Assembly: GCA_041623325.1 (NCBI GenBank)
Contig: JBFJXC010000001.1
Coordinates: 1,456 to 65,455 of the forward strand
Direction of reading: 5' to 3'
Origin: Lentisphaeria bacterium
GTDB lineage: Bacteria; Verrucomicrobiota; Lentisphaeria; Oligosphaerales; JBFJXC01
Length of the DNA: 64,000 bases
Part shown: positions 43,785 to 53,187 of the stretch, piece by piece
How positions within the stretch are numbered: the stretch's first letter is position 1
Layout of the letters: each line of letters begins with the position of its first letter
Made by a program: the position numbers and the translations under genes
The notes under the pieces: generated by a model
Databases searched by the model: none
Seen by the model: only the letters and a program-made list of their open reading frames with translations
What the model was told of the DNA's origin: nothing

Positions 43785-44239
43785 CAGCCGATGCTCCAGC
43801 CGCTGGACGAGCTCTGCGACGCCATCGGCGCGGCGGTGGTCGGGGTCGGGGCCAGGGCGCCGCCCATCTGCAGCAGGCTGTTCTTCTGCTGCAGGTTGGC
43901 CAGGCGGGCCTTCATGAAACTGTCGGCCAGGGCGGAGCTTTTGGCGTTGGCCAGGCTGGCCAGTCCGGCGGCCTCCACGCCGCTGCCCTCCAGACCCCGG
44001 CGGGCCATGAGGGTGCGGAAGTCCTGGTTGGCCCCGGCGAAGGCCTTGTTGGCGTCGCCGACCGACTTCCGGGCCAGGGTCGAGGTGTGGCCGTCGCCCT
44101 GGGTGTCCCGCAGCGAGCCGATCAGCTCCGGGAAAAAATAGGACTGGTACTGCTTCTCGCGGGACTTGAGCAGCTCGGACTGCGCCCTGGTCAGGGTCGT
44201 TTCGCTGCTGCTGCTGCTTGATTTCTGGCTGCCGCCCAT
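43784..44239 (-). CDS. Hypothetical Ser-rich virion-module protein
   Basis: GGAGG SD before ATG 44239. 151 codons. Confidence 0.55.
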   Translation of the reverse strand: MGGSQKSSSSSSETTLTRAQSELLKSREKQYQSYFFPELIGSLRDTQGDGHTSTLARKSVGDANKAFAGANQDFRTLMARRGLEGSGVEAAGLASLANAKSSALADSFMKARLANLQQKNSLLQMGGALAPTPTTAAPMASQSSSSGWSIG

Positions 44240-44250
44240 GCTGCCGCCTC

Positions 44251-44340
44251 CTAGATTTTCTTGTCGATGTAGGCCCGCAGGCGCGTTTCCAGCCTGGCGA
44301 TGGCGTTCTCGACGTACCGTTTGATTTCCGCCGCTATCAT
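44251..44340 (-). CDS. Candidate 29-aa ORF (MIAAEIKRYVENAIARLETRLRAYIDKKI)
   Basis: ATGA overlap with the upstream stop. Amphipathic helix. Its stop is immediately followed by the SD of the next gene. Below the ORF-track threshold. Confidence 0.3.
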   Translation of the reverse strand: MIAAEIKRYVENAIARLETRLRAYIDKKI

Positions 44341-45824
44341 GTGTTCAGACCCTCGTCGTAGTCCAGGGTGTATTCGCGCAGGGTGCCGCTGCCGCTGATG
44401 ACAACCTCCGCATATCGGCCCATGGTTCCGGCGGGCAGCCGCAATTGCCGCCTGCCGGAACCGGGGATCTCGCGGGTGAAGCGCAAGTCGCCGTCCGTGT
44501 ACAAAGAGAGCGTTACCGGACAGGTGGAGGTCACGAAGAGCCGCCGAAAGCGCTTGAGCGTGGTCAGGCTGCCGCCGGCCAGCCAGGGGGAACGGTAGGT
44601 CCAGAGCAAGGGCTCTCCCGCGCCGAATTCCTGAATATCGTCCGAACCTTCCAAGTACAGCGCGTCATTGTCGGCATCGTACCAGGCGTAGTCGCAGGTC
44701 AGGTCCAGTTCGCGCAGCACGTCGCCGCTGCGGTGGTCCAGCACCAGCGATCCCATGGAGTGCCAGAGATAATAGCTGTCGTTGGCCACGGTGGCGTGGA
44801 TCGGCGTGAATTCGAAATCGTACCGGTCTTTGGTGACGATGGACACCTTGTCGCCGTCCCAGATGCACAGCCCGTCGTTGCTCATCCAGATCGGAGTGTT
44901 GCCGACGGTGGCCAGGGTGCGCCAGTTCGGGCAGCCCTGACGGTCGGGGATTTCCTGCTTGACGATGGTATCGGCATCGGTGCCGGTCACGCGGTAGACG
45001 CGGTTATTGGTCATCACCAGCAGCCCCTGGTACTCCTTGCCGATAGCGGTAATCGTATCGTCGAATCCGATCCAGTTCAGCGATTGCCAGGCGTGCGGGT
45101 TGCCGGATTCGGAGAAGTAGAGCTTTTCGCCGACGGCCAGGAAGAAGACGCCGTCCCGCTCGGTCAGATAGCGCCCGCCGTCGGCCGGCGGCAGCCAGCC
45201 GAGCGTCGACAGCGCGGTACTTAGCAGCAAGTCAACATCGTCCATCTCGTCGGTGTACGTCGTCTCGTCGTTGCTCAGCTCGTCAACCAGGTAGAAATCG
45301 GCGCCATTGGCGGCCGTGCGGTAAATGCGAATCGCGTCGATACCGTCTGGACGTGCGGGAATCGCAGTTAACTCGACAGTAGTCTTACTGGAGACATCCA
45401 CCTCATCGTAATAATCGTCGGATTCACCAGGTGCGGATTCCCATCCGTCGTCGGACAGATGCGTAATGCAATACCGATACGTCCCGTTGAAAACATCGCC
45501 GGTATCAATGCCGGCGGCCAGCGTCGGCCGCATAGTCGGATAAGGGATGCCGAGCGTGCGATCTTCGCCGCCATAAGCGGGCGTGTCGTTATCCGTCCAG
45601 TAATGCGAACCGAACCACTCAACCACGGACCGGGACGCGCTGCCGCAATGCCCCGCTTCCAAGGCCGTCAAGAAGTTGGCGGTATCCGTGTTGTTGACGG
45701 CTTTGAGATAACCGCGGCTAACGTCGGCATTATTGAGTTCGCGTGCGGCGTTGACGGGCAACGCCTGCGGCGACATGCGGGTATTGAGTCCCGCGGAAAA
45801 ATCCGAAACGGTGATCATAATCAA
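44337..45824 (-). CDS. Hypothetical tail/structural protein (495 aa)
   Basis: Large beta-rich ORF between the fibre and internal-protein genes. ATGA overlap at 45821-45824. Confidence 0.6.
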   Translation of the reverse strand: MIMITVSDFSAGLNTRMSPQALPVNAARELNNADVSRGYLKAVNNTDTANFLTALEAGHCGSASRSVVEWFGSHYWTDNDTPAYGGEDRTLGIPYPTMRPTLAAGIDTGDVFNGTYRYCITHLSDDGWESAPGESDDYYDEVDVSSKTTVELTAIPARPDGIDAIRIYRTAANGADFYLVDELSNDETTYTDEMDDVDLLLSTALSTLGWLPPADGGRYLTERDGVFFLAVGEKLYFSESGNPHAWQSLNWIGFDDTITAIGKEYQGLLVMTNNRVYRVTGTDADTIVKQEIPDRQGCPNWRTLATVGNTPIWMSNDGLCIWDGDKVSIVTKDRYDFEFTPIHATVANDSYYLWHSMGSLVLDHRSGDVLRELDLTCDYAWYDADNDALYLEGSDDIQEFGAGEPLLWTYRSPWLAGGSLTTLKRFRRLFVTSTCPVTLSLYTDGDLRFTREIPGSGRRQLRLPAGTMGRYAEVVISGSGTLREYTLDYDEGLNT

Positions 45825-46753
45825 GCCAGTTTTTGAATGAATACATCGGTGTAGACTTCGCCCGCGCCGGACGAGACGGCAATGCCGAAGCCGGCGGCAG
45901 CGGCGGGCGCATAGCCGATATAGTGATCAATGCGTATTGTGGTGGATCCGCCCAGCACAATACGACCGCGAAGGCGTGCAGATGTCTGAGCGTAACTGGC
46001 ACCAGCGGCGTTGTACTCAGAGCTTCCAACAAGAAGGGTGGCTGAATTATCTACGTCGTATGCTCTGATCTGATGATTTGTGGCGCGAACCGCCGGGGCC
46101 CTGGCTTCAATCCAGTACGTTCCGGACGGCAAAGTGATTTGGTTATTATTCAGCTCCGCGCCGGAGATTCCATTAATCACCGTGGCATTCAACTCTCGCT
46201 GATTCCAGTCGTCGGCGGTTGGCGTATCACCCGCATGACCATCTGTGCCGCTGGCTTGCTGTTCCTGCACGTGCAGGATTTCACTTGCGACAGCGACGCC
46301 CAGCTGCTCAGCGGTCACATGCTCAGCGGTCACAGAATGCGGATTGTTGGTGTTAGATGTGTGGGAACTCAATGCATCCGACACGGTCTGGACCATGGCC
46401 GCGACGGTCTGCTCAACCACGGCGTTCAGGGAGGACGGGGAGACCGCAATGGAACCGCTGCTGCCTGCCAGCGTCTCGTCCTGGGTTGCCAGCCGGATTA
46501 TACCGGCGGCGGTGAGGGTGGCCGCCCCGTCGGGGTCCCCGACCTTGCCGAGCAGGTAGAGCAGGGCGGCCTCGACATCGGTGCCGCTCTCGATCAGCTG
46601 GCGCACCTGAGTTGTCAGCGGGATGTGCCCGGCGTTGAGCTTGCTGCCGGTCCGGGTGCCGCCGGTGCTGGTCGGGACCTGGCTGGTGGCGCCGTCGCCG
46701 TCGGTGTCGAACTCGATGTCTTCCTTGTGGAGCTTTGCCTTGGTGGCGAGCAT
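45821..46753 (-). CDS. Tail fibre protein (310 aa)
   Basis: Start at ATG 46753 (GAGGTGA SD). TSNTNNPHSVTAEHVTAEQLG is a motif common in phage fibres. The C-terminal half has low GC. Confidence 0.65.
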   Translation of the reverse strand: MLATKAKLHKEDIEFDTDGDGATSQVPTSTGGTRTGSKLNAGHIPLTTQVRQLIESGTDVEAALLYLLGKVGDPDGAATLTAAGIIRLATQDETLAGSSGSIAVSPSSLNAVVEQTVAAMVQTVSDALSSHTSNTNNPHSVTAEHVTAEQLGVAVASEILHVQEQQASGTDGHAGDTPTADDWNQRELNATVINGISGAELNNNQITLPSGTYWIEARAPAVRATNHQIRAYDVDNSATLLVGSSEYNAAGASYAQTSARLRGRIVLGGSTTIRIDHYIGYAPAAAAGFGIAVSSGAGEVYTDVFIQKLA

Positions 46754-46776
46754 GGTTTTCACCTCGTGGTTAAAGG

Positions 46777-48135
46777 TTAAAAGAACTGTCCGGTGGCGGC
46801 GCGGGTCCGCTTGGCGCGGCTGCCGCTTTTGACGCGGCGGGCCAGCCTGGAGTCGAACAGGTCGCGCAGGGCGGCGGCCTTGCTGGCGTTTCGCATCTCG
46901 GTTTCGGCCTCCAGGCAGGCCGCGGCGGCGAGCAGCACCGGGGCCAGAGGGTCGCGGATCTCCAGAAGTCCGGCAACCGGCAGGCGGGCGTAGTGGAGCA
47001 GGGGGGCGGCGTCGTACTCGGTCAGGGCGACCACGATGCCCTCCTCCCGGGTGAAGGTCGCGCCCTCGACGGCGACGAGTGCGCCGGGCTCGGCGGACAT
47101 CTCCAGCGACCATTGCGTGTAATAGTCGATGGTCACCTCGTCGAGTCCGCAGACCAGATCTCCCTCATAAAAATAGTGCGGCAGGTAGCGGTAGACGTCG
47201 TAGTACACCTCGCGCAGCGTAAGGAAGTCTTCCGGCAGGGCAAAGCGCGACGTGAAGTTGCCCGGCCCCGGGAAGTATTCGACCAGAGAGATGTCGTACA
47301 CGGAAAACGAAGCGTCCGGGCTGGCTGCTTCGCATTCGATCAGCAGCTGGTTGGGGTCGTACGACTCTCCGGTGTACTGGAAAAGCAGGGTGAATTGATG
47401 AAATGCCGTCTGCGTTGTGACCGTAAAGGACTCATCCGCCCCGCCGACCGACACGGTAACGGTCCCGGCGGCCCCGTCGCCAGCCAGTCCGACTTTCGCA
47501 CGGTAGTGCTTCTGCGAGTCCAGGGAACACCCCTGCGCGACGCCGAAGCTGGACTGCGAGCCGCGAGCGATCCTGAGCCGGCCGGAGTCGACCGACAGCG
47601 ACGCATCCCCAAATGCGGTCCACATGCCGTCCGCCCCCGGAACCTCGAAGTCGCCGCCGAGCACTCGGCTGGCGTTGTCCTCCGCGACCAGTTCGGCGGT
47701 TTCGGCTGCTCCACAGCCACAGACCACCGCCCCCTCCTCCTGGTCGAAGCTCGCGGCCTCGGCGGTCTGGTCCGGGGTGGGGCAGAGGCGGAAGCGGTCG
47801 GCGTCGCTCAGGCCGTCGAAGATGTAGAGGGCGTCGCCGGTCTGCCCGGCGAAGTCGGGGCCGAGGCGACGGGCCAGTTCGCGCCAGCCGGCGGAGTCCA
47901 GCACGGTGTCGGCGTCGGTGGCCGCCAGCAGGGCGGCGAAATCGTCGGGCCAGGGGTAGCTGCCGTCTTCGTTCTTGATCAGGGGCAGGCATTTGGGCAG
48001 GCAGCGGGTGCGGCGGCAGTATTCGGCCTGGGCGGCGTTCAGATGCCGGTCCAACTCGGCGTCGGTCCAGATCGCCGCGTCGGGATCGGCCAGCAGCAGG
48101 CGGAGACGGTCGCGCATGTCCTCGAAGGTGGTCAT
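46777..48135 (-). CDS. Adaptor-like structural protein with inserted jelly-roll module (paralogue of 48136-48708)
   Basis: Shares LNAAQAEYCRRT, RFRLCPTP and YARLPVAGLLEIRD blocks with the upstream 190-aa protein. The central insert contains GGDFEVPG, a CBM-like feature. Confidence 0.65.
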   Translation of the reverse strand: MTTFEDMRDRLRLLLADPDAAIWTDAELDRHLNAAQAEYCRRTRCLPKCLPLIKNEDGSYPWPDDFAALLAATDADTVLDSAGWRELARRLGPDFAGQTGDALYIFDGLSDADRFRLCPTPDQTAEAASFDQEEGAVVCGCGAAETAELVAEDNASRVLGGDFEVPGADGMWTAFGDASLSVDSGRLRIARGSQSSFGVAQGCSLDSQKHYRAKVGLAGDGAAGTVTVSVGGADESFTVTTQTAFHQFTLLFQYTGESYDPNQLLIECEAASPDASFSVYDISLVEYFPGPGNFTSRFALPEDFLTLREVYYDVYRYLPHYFYEGDLVCGLDEVTIDYYTQWSLEMSAEPGALVAVEGATFTREEGIVVALTEYDAAPLLHYARLPVAGLLEIRDPLAPVLLAAAACLEAETEMRNASKAAALRDLFDSRLARRVKSGSRAKRTRAATGQFF

Positions 48136-48708
48136 TTAGCGCACCGCCTTTCTGACCTGCCGCCTGAACAAGTCCAGATAGTTGACCGCCTTGGCGACCA
48201 GGCTGCTGCGGGCCTCGCACAGATAGAGCTGGGCCAGGGCGTAGTAAACCAGGGCGTCGGTGTCGCGGATCTCCAGCGTGTTCGCCTGCGGCAGGCGGGC
48301 GTAGGTCATGGTTCCGACCGCCTCGCCCTCGGTTTCCGGAAAGGGGCAGAGCCGGTAGGTGTTCTCGCCGCCGAAGTCGAACACGGCGGCCTCGGGCGTG
48401 CCGGTGGCGGTGAAGAAGTCCGCGCCTTTCTCGGCCACCAGGCGCTGCCAGGCGGTGGGCTCGATGTCCGTGCCGTCCGCCAGACGGAAGCGCAGGCATT
48501 CGAGATAATCGTCGGGAAGGGGATGCTCGGCCTTGCCGGTGGCGGTCACGGCCAGCTCGGCGGTCAGTTGCTTTGTGCGGCGGGCGTATTCCTCCTGAGC
48601 CTCGTTGAGGTACAGATCCAGCGTGTCCTCGCCGGTGCTCATGTGCAGATCGTCCCGGCATTCGGTGTAGATGCGGGTGCGCAGTTCGCGGAAGACTGTG
48701 ACGGGCAT
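48136..48708 (-). CDS. Adaptor-like structural protein (190 aa)
   Basis: LNEAQEEYARRT, YRLCPFP and YARLPQANTLEIRD blocks. TAAATG junction with the next gene. Confidence 0.65.
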   Translation of the reverse strand: MPVTVFRELRTRIYTECRDDLHMSTGEDTLDLYLNEAQEEYARRTKQLTAELAVTATGKAEHPLPDDYLECLRFRLADGTDIEPTAWQRLVAEKGADFFTATGTPEAAVFDFGGENTYRLCPFPETEGEAVGTMTYARLPQANTLEIRDTDALVYYALAQLYLCEARSSLVAKAVNYLDLFRRQVRKAVR

Positions 48709-48732
48709 TGCCTATACCTTATATAAAGAGAA

Positions 48733-48770
48733 GCGGCGGAGCGGGGAGGAAGAGACCCGCCCCGCCGCCG
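48733..48770 (-). other. GC-rich hairpin after the 154-aa head gene
   Basis: GGCGGCGGGGCGGG...CCCCGCTCCGCCGC (one mismatch) followed by a T-rich stretch on the minus strand. Confidence 0.4.
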
Positions 48771-48785
48771 GGGTCGGAGGGCGGA

Positions 48786-49250
48786 TCAGCCGTTGGTGGT
48801 GCAGGCGGACACGTCCACGAACTCGGGGATGAGCAGGAAGCGCCCGGCGGTGAGGGCCGCCGTGCCAACGGTCATGTCGATGGACAGGGCGGTGGTGTGG
48901 GCGTAGAGAGCGCCCCCGGCGGTGTCCTCGGCGTCGTTGACCGGCAGGTCGACCACGTCGCCCTTGGCCAGGTCGGCCTTGGGCAGCGCCCCGCCAAGGT
49001 TGTGGGAGTTGCACGAGAACTGCACGGTGGCCGCACCGGCGGACGTGAAGCTCTCCAGCACGATCAGCTTGGCCCCGATCAGAGCCTGGCCGACGGGAAC
49101 CTCGACCAGGTTGTGGGTTTCGACCGTCTCGATGCCGGACAGGTCCGGGTCGGTCACGTCGATGTCGTACACCGCGTCGCGCCCCATCTTCTGGAACGTG
49201 AACGGGGCCTTGAGGGCGGCGAGAATCGCCAGGATGGAAGTGGCTGCCAT
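48786..49250 (-). CDS. Hypothetical head-associated protein (154 aa; decoration-like by position)
   Basis: ORF immediately downstream of the capsid gene. AAGGAAA SD. Confidence 0.55.
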   Translation of the reverse strand: MAATSILAILAALKAPFTFQKMGRDAVYDIDVTDPDLSGIETVETHNLVEVPVGQALIGAKLIVLESFTSAGAATVQFSCNSHNLGGALPKADLAKGDVVDLPVNDAEDTAGGALYAHTTALSIDMTVGTAALTAGRFLLIPEFVDVSACTTNG

Positions 49251-49284
49251 GGGTCGGTTTCCTTTCTTGGGGAGTGGGTTGAAA

Positions 49285-49313
49285 CCGGGCCGGGGCTACA
49301 GGCTCCGGCCCGG
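49285..49313 (-). terminator. Hairpin after the major capsid gene (attenuator/terminator-like)
   Basis: Perfect 9-bp stem CCGGGCCGG...CCGGCCCGG followed by TTTCAA on the minus strand. Confidence 0.45.
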
Positions 49314-49321
49314 CGCTACGG

Positions 49322-50398
49322 TCAGTTGCTGGCGGTGATCACCTGGGCCACGCCCATGTCCACGCCGTCGAACTGGAGCTTCTTCTGGCCCCGGATCTCG
49401 TCGGCGGCCATGGAGAGGATCCGCTTGTGGTCGGTCAGCTCCTCGGTGTAGTCGATGTTCTGGGCGTACCCCAGCACGGCGGCGTCGGCCCCGACCAGAA
49501 GATTGCGGGCCAGGTAGCCGTCATCCACCGAGAACTCGCGAACCAGTTCGGAGCTCTTGAGGATGATGTTGTTCCAGACCCCGAGGGCACCGCTGGCGAT
49601 CGGATCGTCGGCGATCCCGGCCTCGACCAGGGCCAGCTTGTGCTTCTCGAAGCGGGTGTCCTGGCGCAGGTCGCGGGCGGCCTTCAGACTCATGTAGAGC
49701 ACGAACATCTCGCGACCGTCTTTGCCGACCTTCACCGGCCGGATGCGGTACTTGCTGTTGCCCTGCTTGGCCAGGATTTCCAGCTCGTCGAGCAGGTAGG
49801 TGTTCATCTTGTCGCTGGCGGTCACGGCGGCATCCAGAGCGTTCTGGTCGCTGGACGTAGCGGCCAGCACGGTCGCGCCGGTGGTGCCGCTGGCCTGGAT
49901 CAGGCGTCCGGAGCCGTTGACCAGATCGGCGGTGGCCAGGTTGGTCACGTAGGTGTATCCGTCGCTGATATAGCCGGTCATGGCGTCGAACAGCCAGCGC
50001 TCGGACCGGTGGGCGAACCAGTTGGCCAGCTGGGTCTTGGCTTCCTCGCGGAACTTCCAGATGAGCCGCTTGTCGGTCATTTTGCCTTTCTTGCGGAAGG
50101 CTTTGGCCATCTGATCGATCTTCAGGCTCATGCTGTATTCGTCCAGGCTGTCCTCGTTGCCCAGGATGGTGGCGTTCTGGCCCTCGATCCCGTCCGTGTC
50201 GTTCTGGGGGATGAAGTGGTAGACGATCGAATCGCCCGCCTGGCCCTTCAGACCGGTGTCGATGATGATCGGCTTGCCCGATCCCTTCTTGCCCATCGCG
50301 CCGCGCAGGGAAAGCTGCATGAGGTACTGCTTGAAGATGTCCCGGCAGTGCTGGATGGGGGTTAGACCGTTGTCGGTGCCTCGAATGAAATGTGCCAT
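49322..50398 (-). CDS. Major capsid protein (candidate, HK97-fold expected)
   Basis: 358 aa, directly after the acidic scaffold gene and followed by a strong hairpin. The sequence resembles podoviral capsid proteins as far as I can recall. Not verified. Confidence 0.75.
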   Translation of the reverse strand: MAHFIRGTDNGLTPIQHCRDIFKQYLMQLSLRGAMGKKGSGKPIIIDTGLKGQAGDSIVYHFIPQNDTDGIEGQNATILGNEDSLDEYSMSLKIDQMAKAFRKKGKMTDKRLIWKFREEAKTQLANWFAHRSERWLFDAMTGYISDGYTYVTNLATADLVNGSGRLIQASGTTGATVLAATSSDQNALDAAVTASDKMNTYLLDELEILAKQGNSKYRIRPVKVGKDGREMFVLYMSLKAARDLRQDTRFEKHKLALVEAGIADDPIASGALGVWNNIILKSSELVREFSVDDGYLARNLLVGADAAVLGYAQNIDYTEELTDHKRILSMAADEIRGQKKLQFDGVDMGVAQVITASN

Positions 50399-50422
50399 TT
50401 GGCGGTTCCTTTATAAGCTCGG

Positions 50423-51328
50423 CTAGAAGAGCTCGTCGACCACGCTGCCCGCGTCGCCTCCGCTCAATCCGCCCGTATCCGGCGGCATCGACATGGCCGC
50501 CGGGTCGTCTGCCGGGTCCGGGTTTTCGGTGGCGGACGGGGCGGGCTTTCCGGTCTGTCCGAGTTCTTCCAGCAATTCCTGTTTGAGTTCGTCGCGCAGC
50601 TGCTTGCGGTAGGCCTCCGGGTCGGACTCCAGCGCCCGGCGCTGGGCCAGGCGCTTGCCGATCTTGTAGGCGGCCTCGGGGGTCGCGCCCTTCTCGGCGA
50701 ACTCCCGCTGCAAGGCTTCATCCTTCTCGAAGGCGGGCTGGAAGGTCTTGTAGACCACGTCGTCGTAATCGGCGTGGCTTTCCTTGACCGGGGCCTCGGC
50801 TTCGTTCCAGGCGCTCTGCGCCTCGCGCTCGGCGCGTTCCCGCGCCTCTTGCTCCAGCTTCTCAAGCCGCTTCTCGGCGTCGGACGGCTGGGCCGGCTGC
50901 TCCGGAGTCCCGTTGGGCTCCGGATCGTCGAACCAGGAATCGTCGTCTGGGTCCGCCTTTGGCCTGGCGGCCTTCAGCTCCCGGATTTCCTTCTCCAGGG
51001 CCAGCCGCTGCTGGTGCTCGCGATGGTAGTTGGCCTGGTTGTCGCGGAATCGCTTGTCGGTGGTTTCGAGCCTGCCGTTGAGTTCGTCCAGCTGCTTCTG
51101 GAGGTCCTCGACGGTCGGGGCCTTCTCTTCCGGCTTCTCGTCTTCCGGCCTTTCCTCTTTCTCCGAATCCGGCTTTTCCGGGGGAGGGTCGGTCTTTTCC
51201 GGTTCGAGTCCCGAGTCGTCTTCCGGCTCGAAAGGGATCGGCTGCTCGTCGCGGGATTGATCGGATTCGGCGGGGCCGATCAGATCGTCCACGTAGGCTT
51301 CTTCCACTGCTTGCGATTCGTTGCTCAT
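50423..51328 (-). CDS. Scaffolding protein
   Basis: 301 aa, strongly acidic (Glu/Asp/Pro-rich) with coiled-coil-like heptads, between the portal and capsid genes. Confidence 0.7.
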   Translation of the reverse strand: MSNESQAVEEAYVDDLIGPAESDQSRDEQPIPFEPEDDSGLEPEKTDPPPEKPDSEKEERPEDEKPEEKAPTVEDLQKQLDELNGRLETTDKRFRDNQANYHREHQQRLALEKEIRELKAARPKADPDDDSWFDDPEPNGTPEQPAQPSDAEKRLEKLEQEARERAEREAQSAWNEAEAPVKESHADYDDVVYKTFQPAFEKDEALQREFAEKGATPEAAYKIGKRLAQRRALESDPEAYRKQLRDELKQELLEELGQTGKPAPSATENPDPADDPAAMSMPPDTGGLSGGDAGSVVDELF

Positions 51329-51404
51329 CTCTGCTCGGTGTCCTTTGCTCCTGCCGGGAAGCGGTGTTCCGCGCCGGCGTTTTGGCTCGGGGAGTACCCG
51401 TTCT

Positions 51405-53066
51405 CTATTGCGGTCCGCCGCCGGATTGGGCGGCGGCTAGCGCCTGTTGCTGCTGCTGGTAGTGGCCTTCCAGCTGCATGATCAGATCGTCCTTGCGCGG
51501 GATGTCGGAGAGCATCAGCAGGACCTTGCCGACCAGCTCGGGCGGGAAGGCCCCGCTCTTGGCCACCTCGGCGAACACCTGCATGGTCCGCTCGCGCACC
51601 GTGCTGAACGGGGGAACCTTCTTCAGGATCACGTCGTATTTCAGCACGTCGGAGATCTCGTTATTCAAAAAGGGTTTACCGGACTCGTCGTGGTCCCCGG
51701 TGGGCTCGTTGAGGGCGTAGTGCTCGAAGCTGCCGTTGGGCTGGGTCACGCGCACCACGCGGCGGTCGCTGTAGTACCGGCCAATCAGGCGCAGGATCAC
51801 CTTGGCCACCTGCTTCTTGGTGAAGTGCAGGTTCTCCAGAATCTGGGTCTGCATGCTCGCGCCCTGGAGGATGCGGTTCTCCTGCTGGGTGGCGGACCGC
51901 TCGTTCACCCCGCCCACGCCCAGCATCGAGTCGTTGATGCCGCTGGTGCGCTGGATCATGCCCAGCAGGAACTGGAGGTGGCTGGAGAGGTGGGCGCTCT
52001 CGCGCAGGTTGTCCTCGGTGCGCACCTTGCTCAGGCCGCCGCTGTTCAGCACGGCGAAGCCGTTGGGGCGGTTCCATTCGTCCTGGAGTTCGTCGGGGTC
52101 GTCGGTGGCGCCCTCCTCCACCAGCATCCGGTTGCTGGACATGTTCCAGAGGTACTTGCTGTTGAGCTTGTTGATCTGGTCCTGGGCGTCCTTCAGGTAC
52201 TCCACCAGCCCCTTGGGTTCGCCCTTGTGGGTGCGGAAGGCGTAGAAGGGGATCAGCGGATAGCAGTCGATCCCGTAGGGGTTCTCGCTTTCAGGGCCGT
52301 CGTTTTCGCCGCCGCGCAGGATCAGTTCGTCGGCGAAGACCGCGTAGCGCAGCTTCTTGTTCGCGTCCCGGTACCAGCAGTGGCACAGGCAGACGCGCTG
52401 GCTGCGGTGGTCGTAGTAGGAGATTCCCCGGTCGCTGGTGGCGTTCTGGGCCTCGTACTCGATGCCCTCGTAATCATCGTTGAACGCCGTGTCGATATGG
52501 TCGGCGTGGGCCGGATAGAGCTTCTTCACGTGGTCGCGGTCCATCCAGACCTTGCGAATGATGAAGCGGGCGTCGCTCCCGTCCGGCTTGCGGTGGAAGG
52601 GATCGATGTAGACTTCCTCCCACGGGAGCCACTCCACCGCGATTTGCGTCTGGCCGGTTTCGTCCCTCTCGGGATGCACGAAGGCCCAGCCGCGTCCGCC
52701 GATAATGCCCTCGCGGAAGACCCGGCTCAGGTAGTAGTCCACGTCCGAACCGTCGAACACCTGCTTGAGCAGTTCGGTCAGCAGCCGGCCCAGCAGTTCG
52801 TCGGACTCCTCGCGGCCCACCACCTGCATGTCGATGCGCTTTTCCACCTCCAGAGCCAGGACCATGTCCACGGTCGGGCGGACCACGTTCAGCACGCATG
52901 GCTGCTGGTTGCGGCTCTCAAGCTCGGCCTTTTCGTCCTCGCTCCACTGCTCTCCGTCGTAATAGTCGAAATTGTCCTGGTTGCGCTTGCGCCAGTCGCT
53001 CTCGCGCAGTTCCGCGGCCGTCAGCCAGCGGTGGAAGCGGTGATTGATGTTTCGTCTCTCGGACAT
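51405..53066 (-). CDS. Portal protein
   Basis: 553 aa after TerL. N-terminal NQDNFDYYDGEQWSEDEKAELESRNQQPCVLNVVRPTVD is a typical portal motif. Confidence 0.85.
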   Translation of the reverse strand: MSERRNINHRFHRWLTAAELRESDWRKRNQDNFDYYDGEQWSEDEKAELESRNQQPCVLNVVRPTVDMVLALEVEKRIDMQVVGREESDELLGRLLTELLKQVFDGSDVDYYLSRVFREGIIGGRGWAFVHPERDETGQTQIAVEWLPWEEVYIDPFHRKPDGSDARFIIRKVWMDRDHVKKLYPAHADHIDTAFNDDYEGIEYEAQNATSDRGISYYDHRSQRVCLCHCWYRDANKKLRYAVFADELILRGGENDGPESENPYGIDCYPLIPFYAFRTHKGEPKGLVEYLKDAQDQINKLNSKYLWNMSSNRMLVEEGATDDPDELQDEWNRPNGFAVLNSGGLSKVRTEDNLRESAHLSSHLQFLLGMIQRTSGINDSMLGVGGVNERSATQQENRILQGASMQTQILENLHFTKKQVAKVILRLIGRYYSDRRVVRVTQPNGSFEHYALNEPTGDHDESGKPFLNNEISDVLKYDVILKKVPPFSTVRERTMQVFAEVAKSGAFPPELVGKVLLMLSDIPRKDDLIMQLEGHYQQQQQALAAAQSGGGPQ

Positions 53067-53068
53067 GT

Positions 53069-53108
53069 AAAAACCCGTCTGGTGAATTGCTTGTCACCAA
53101 ACGGGCTT
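53069..53108 (-). other. Stem-loop with U-tract a few nt upstream of the portal start codon
   Basis: Minus strand CCCGTTTGGTGA-caagcaat-TCACCAGACGGG, then TTTTTAC, then ATG. Confidence 0.4.
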
Positions 53109-53187
53109 TACCGGACACGGGATGGCCGCGCCTCACCGCAAGCGGTGGCTTGAGCTAGGTCATCAGGCCCGCTTGCGGGCCGGGCCC

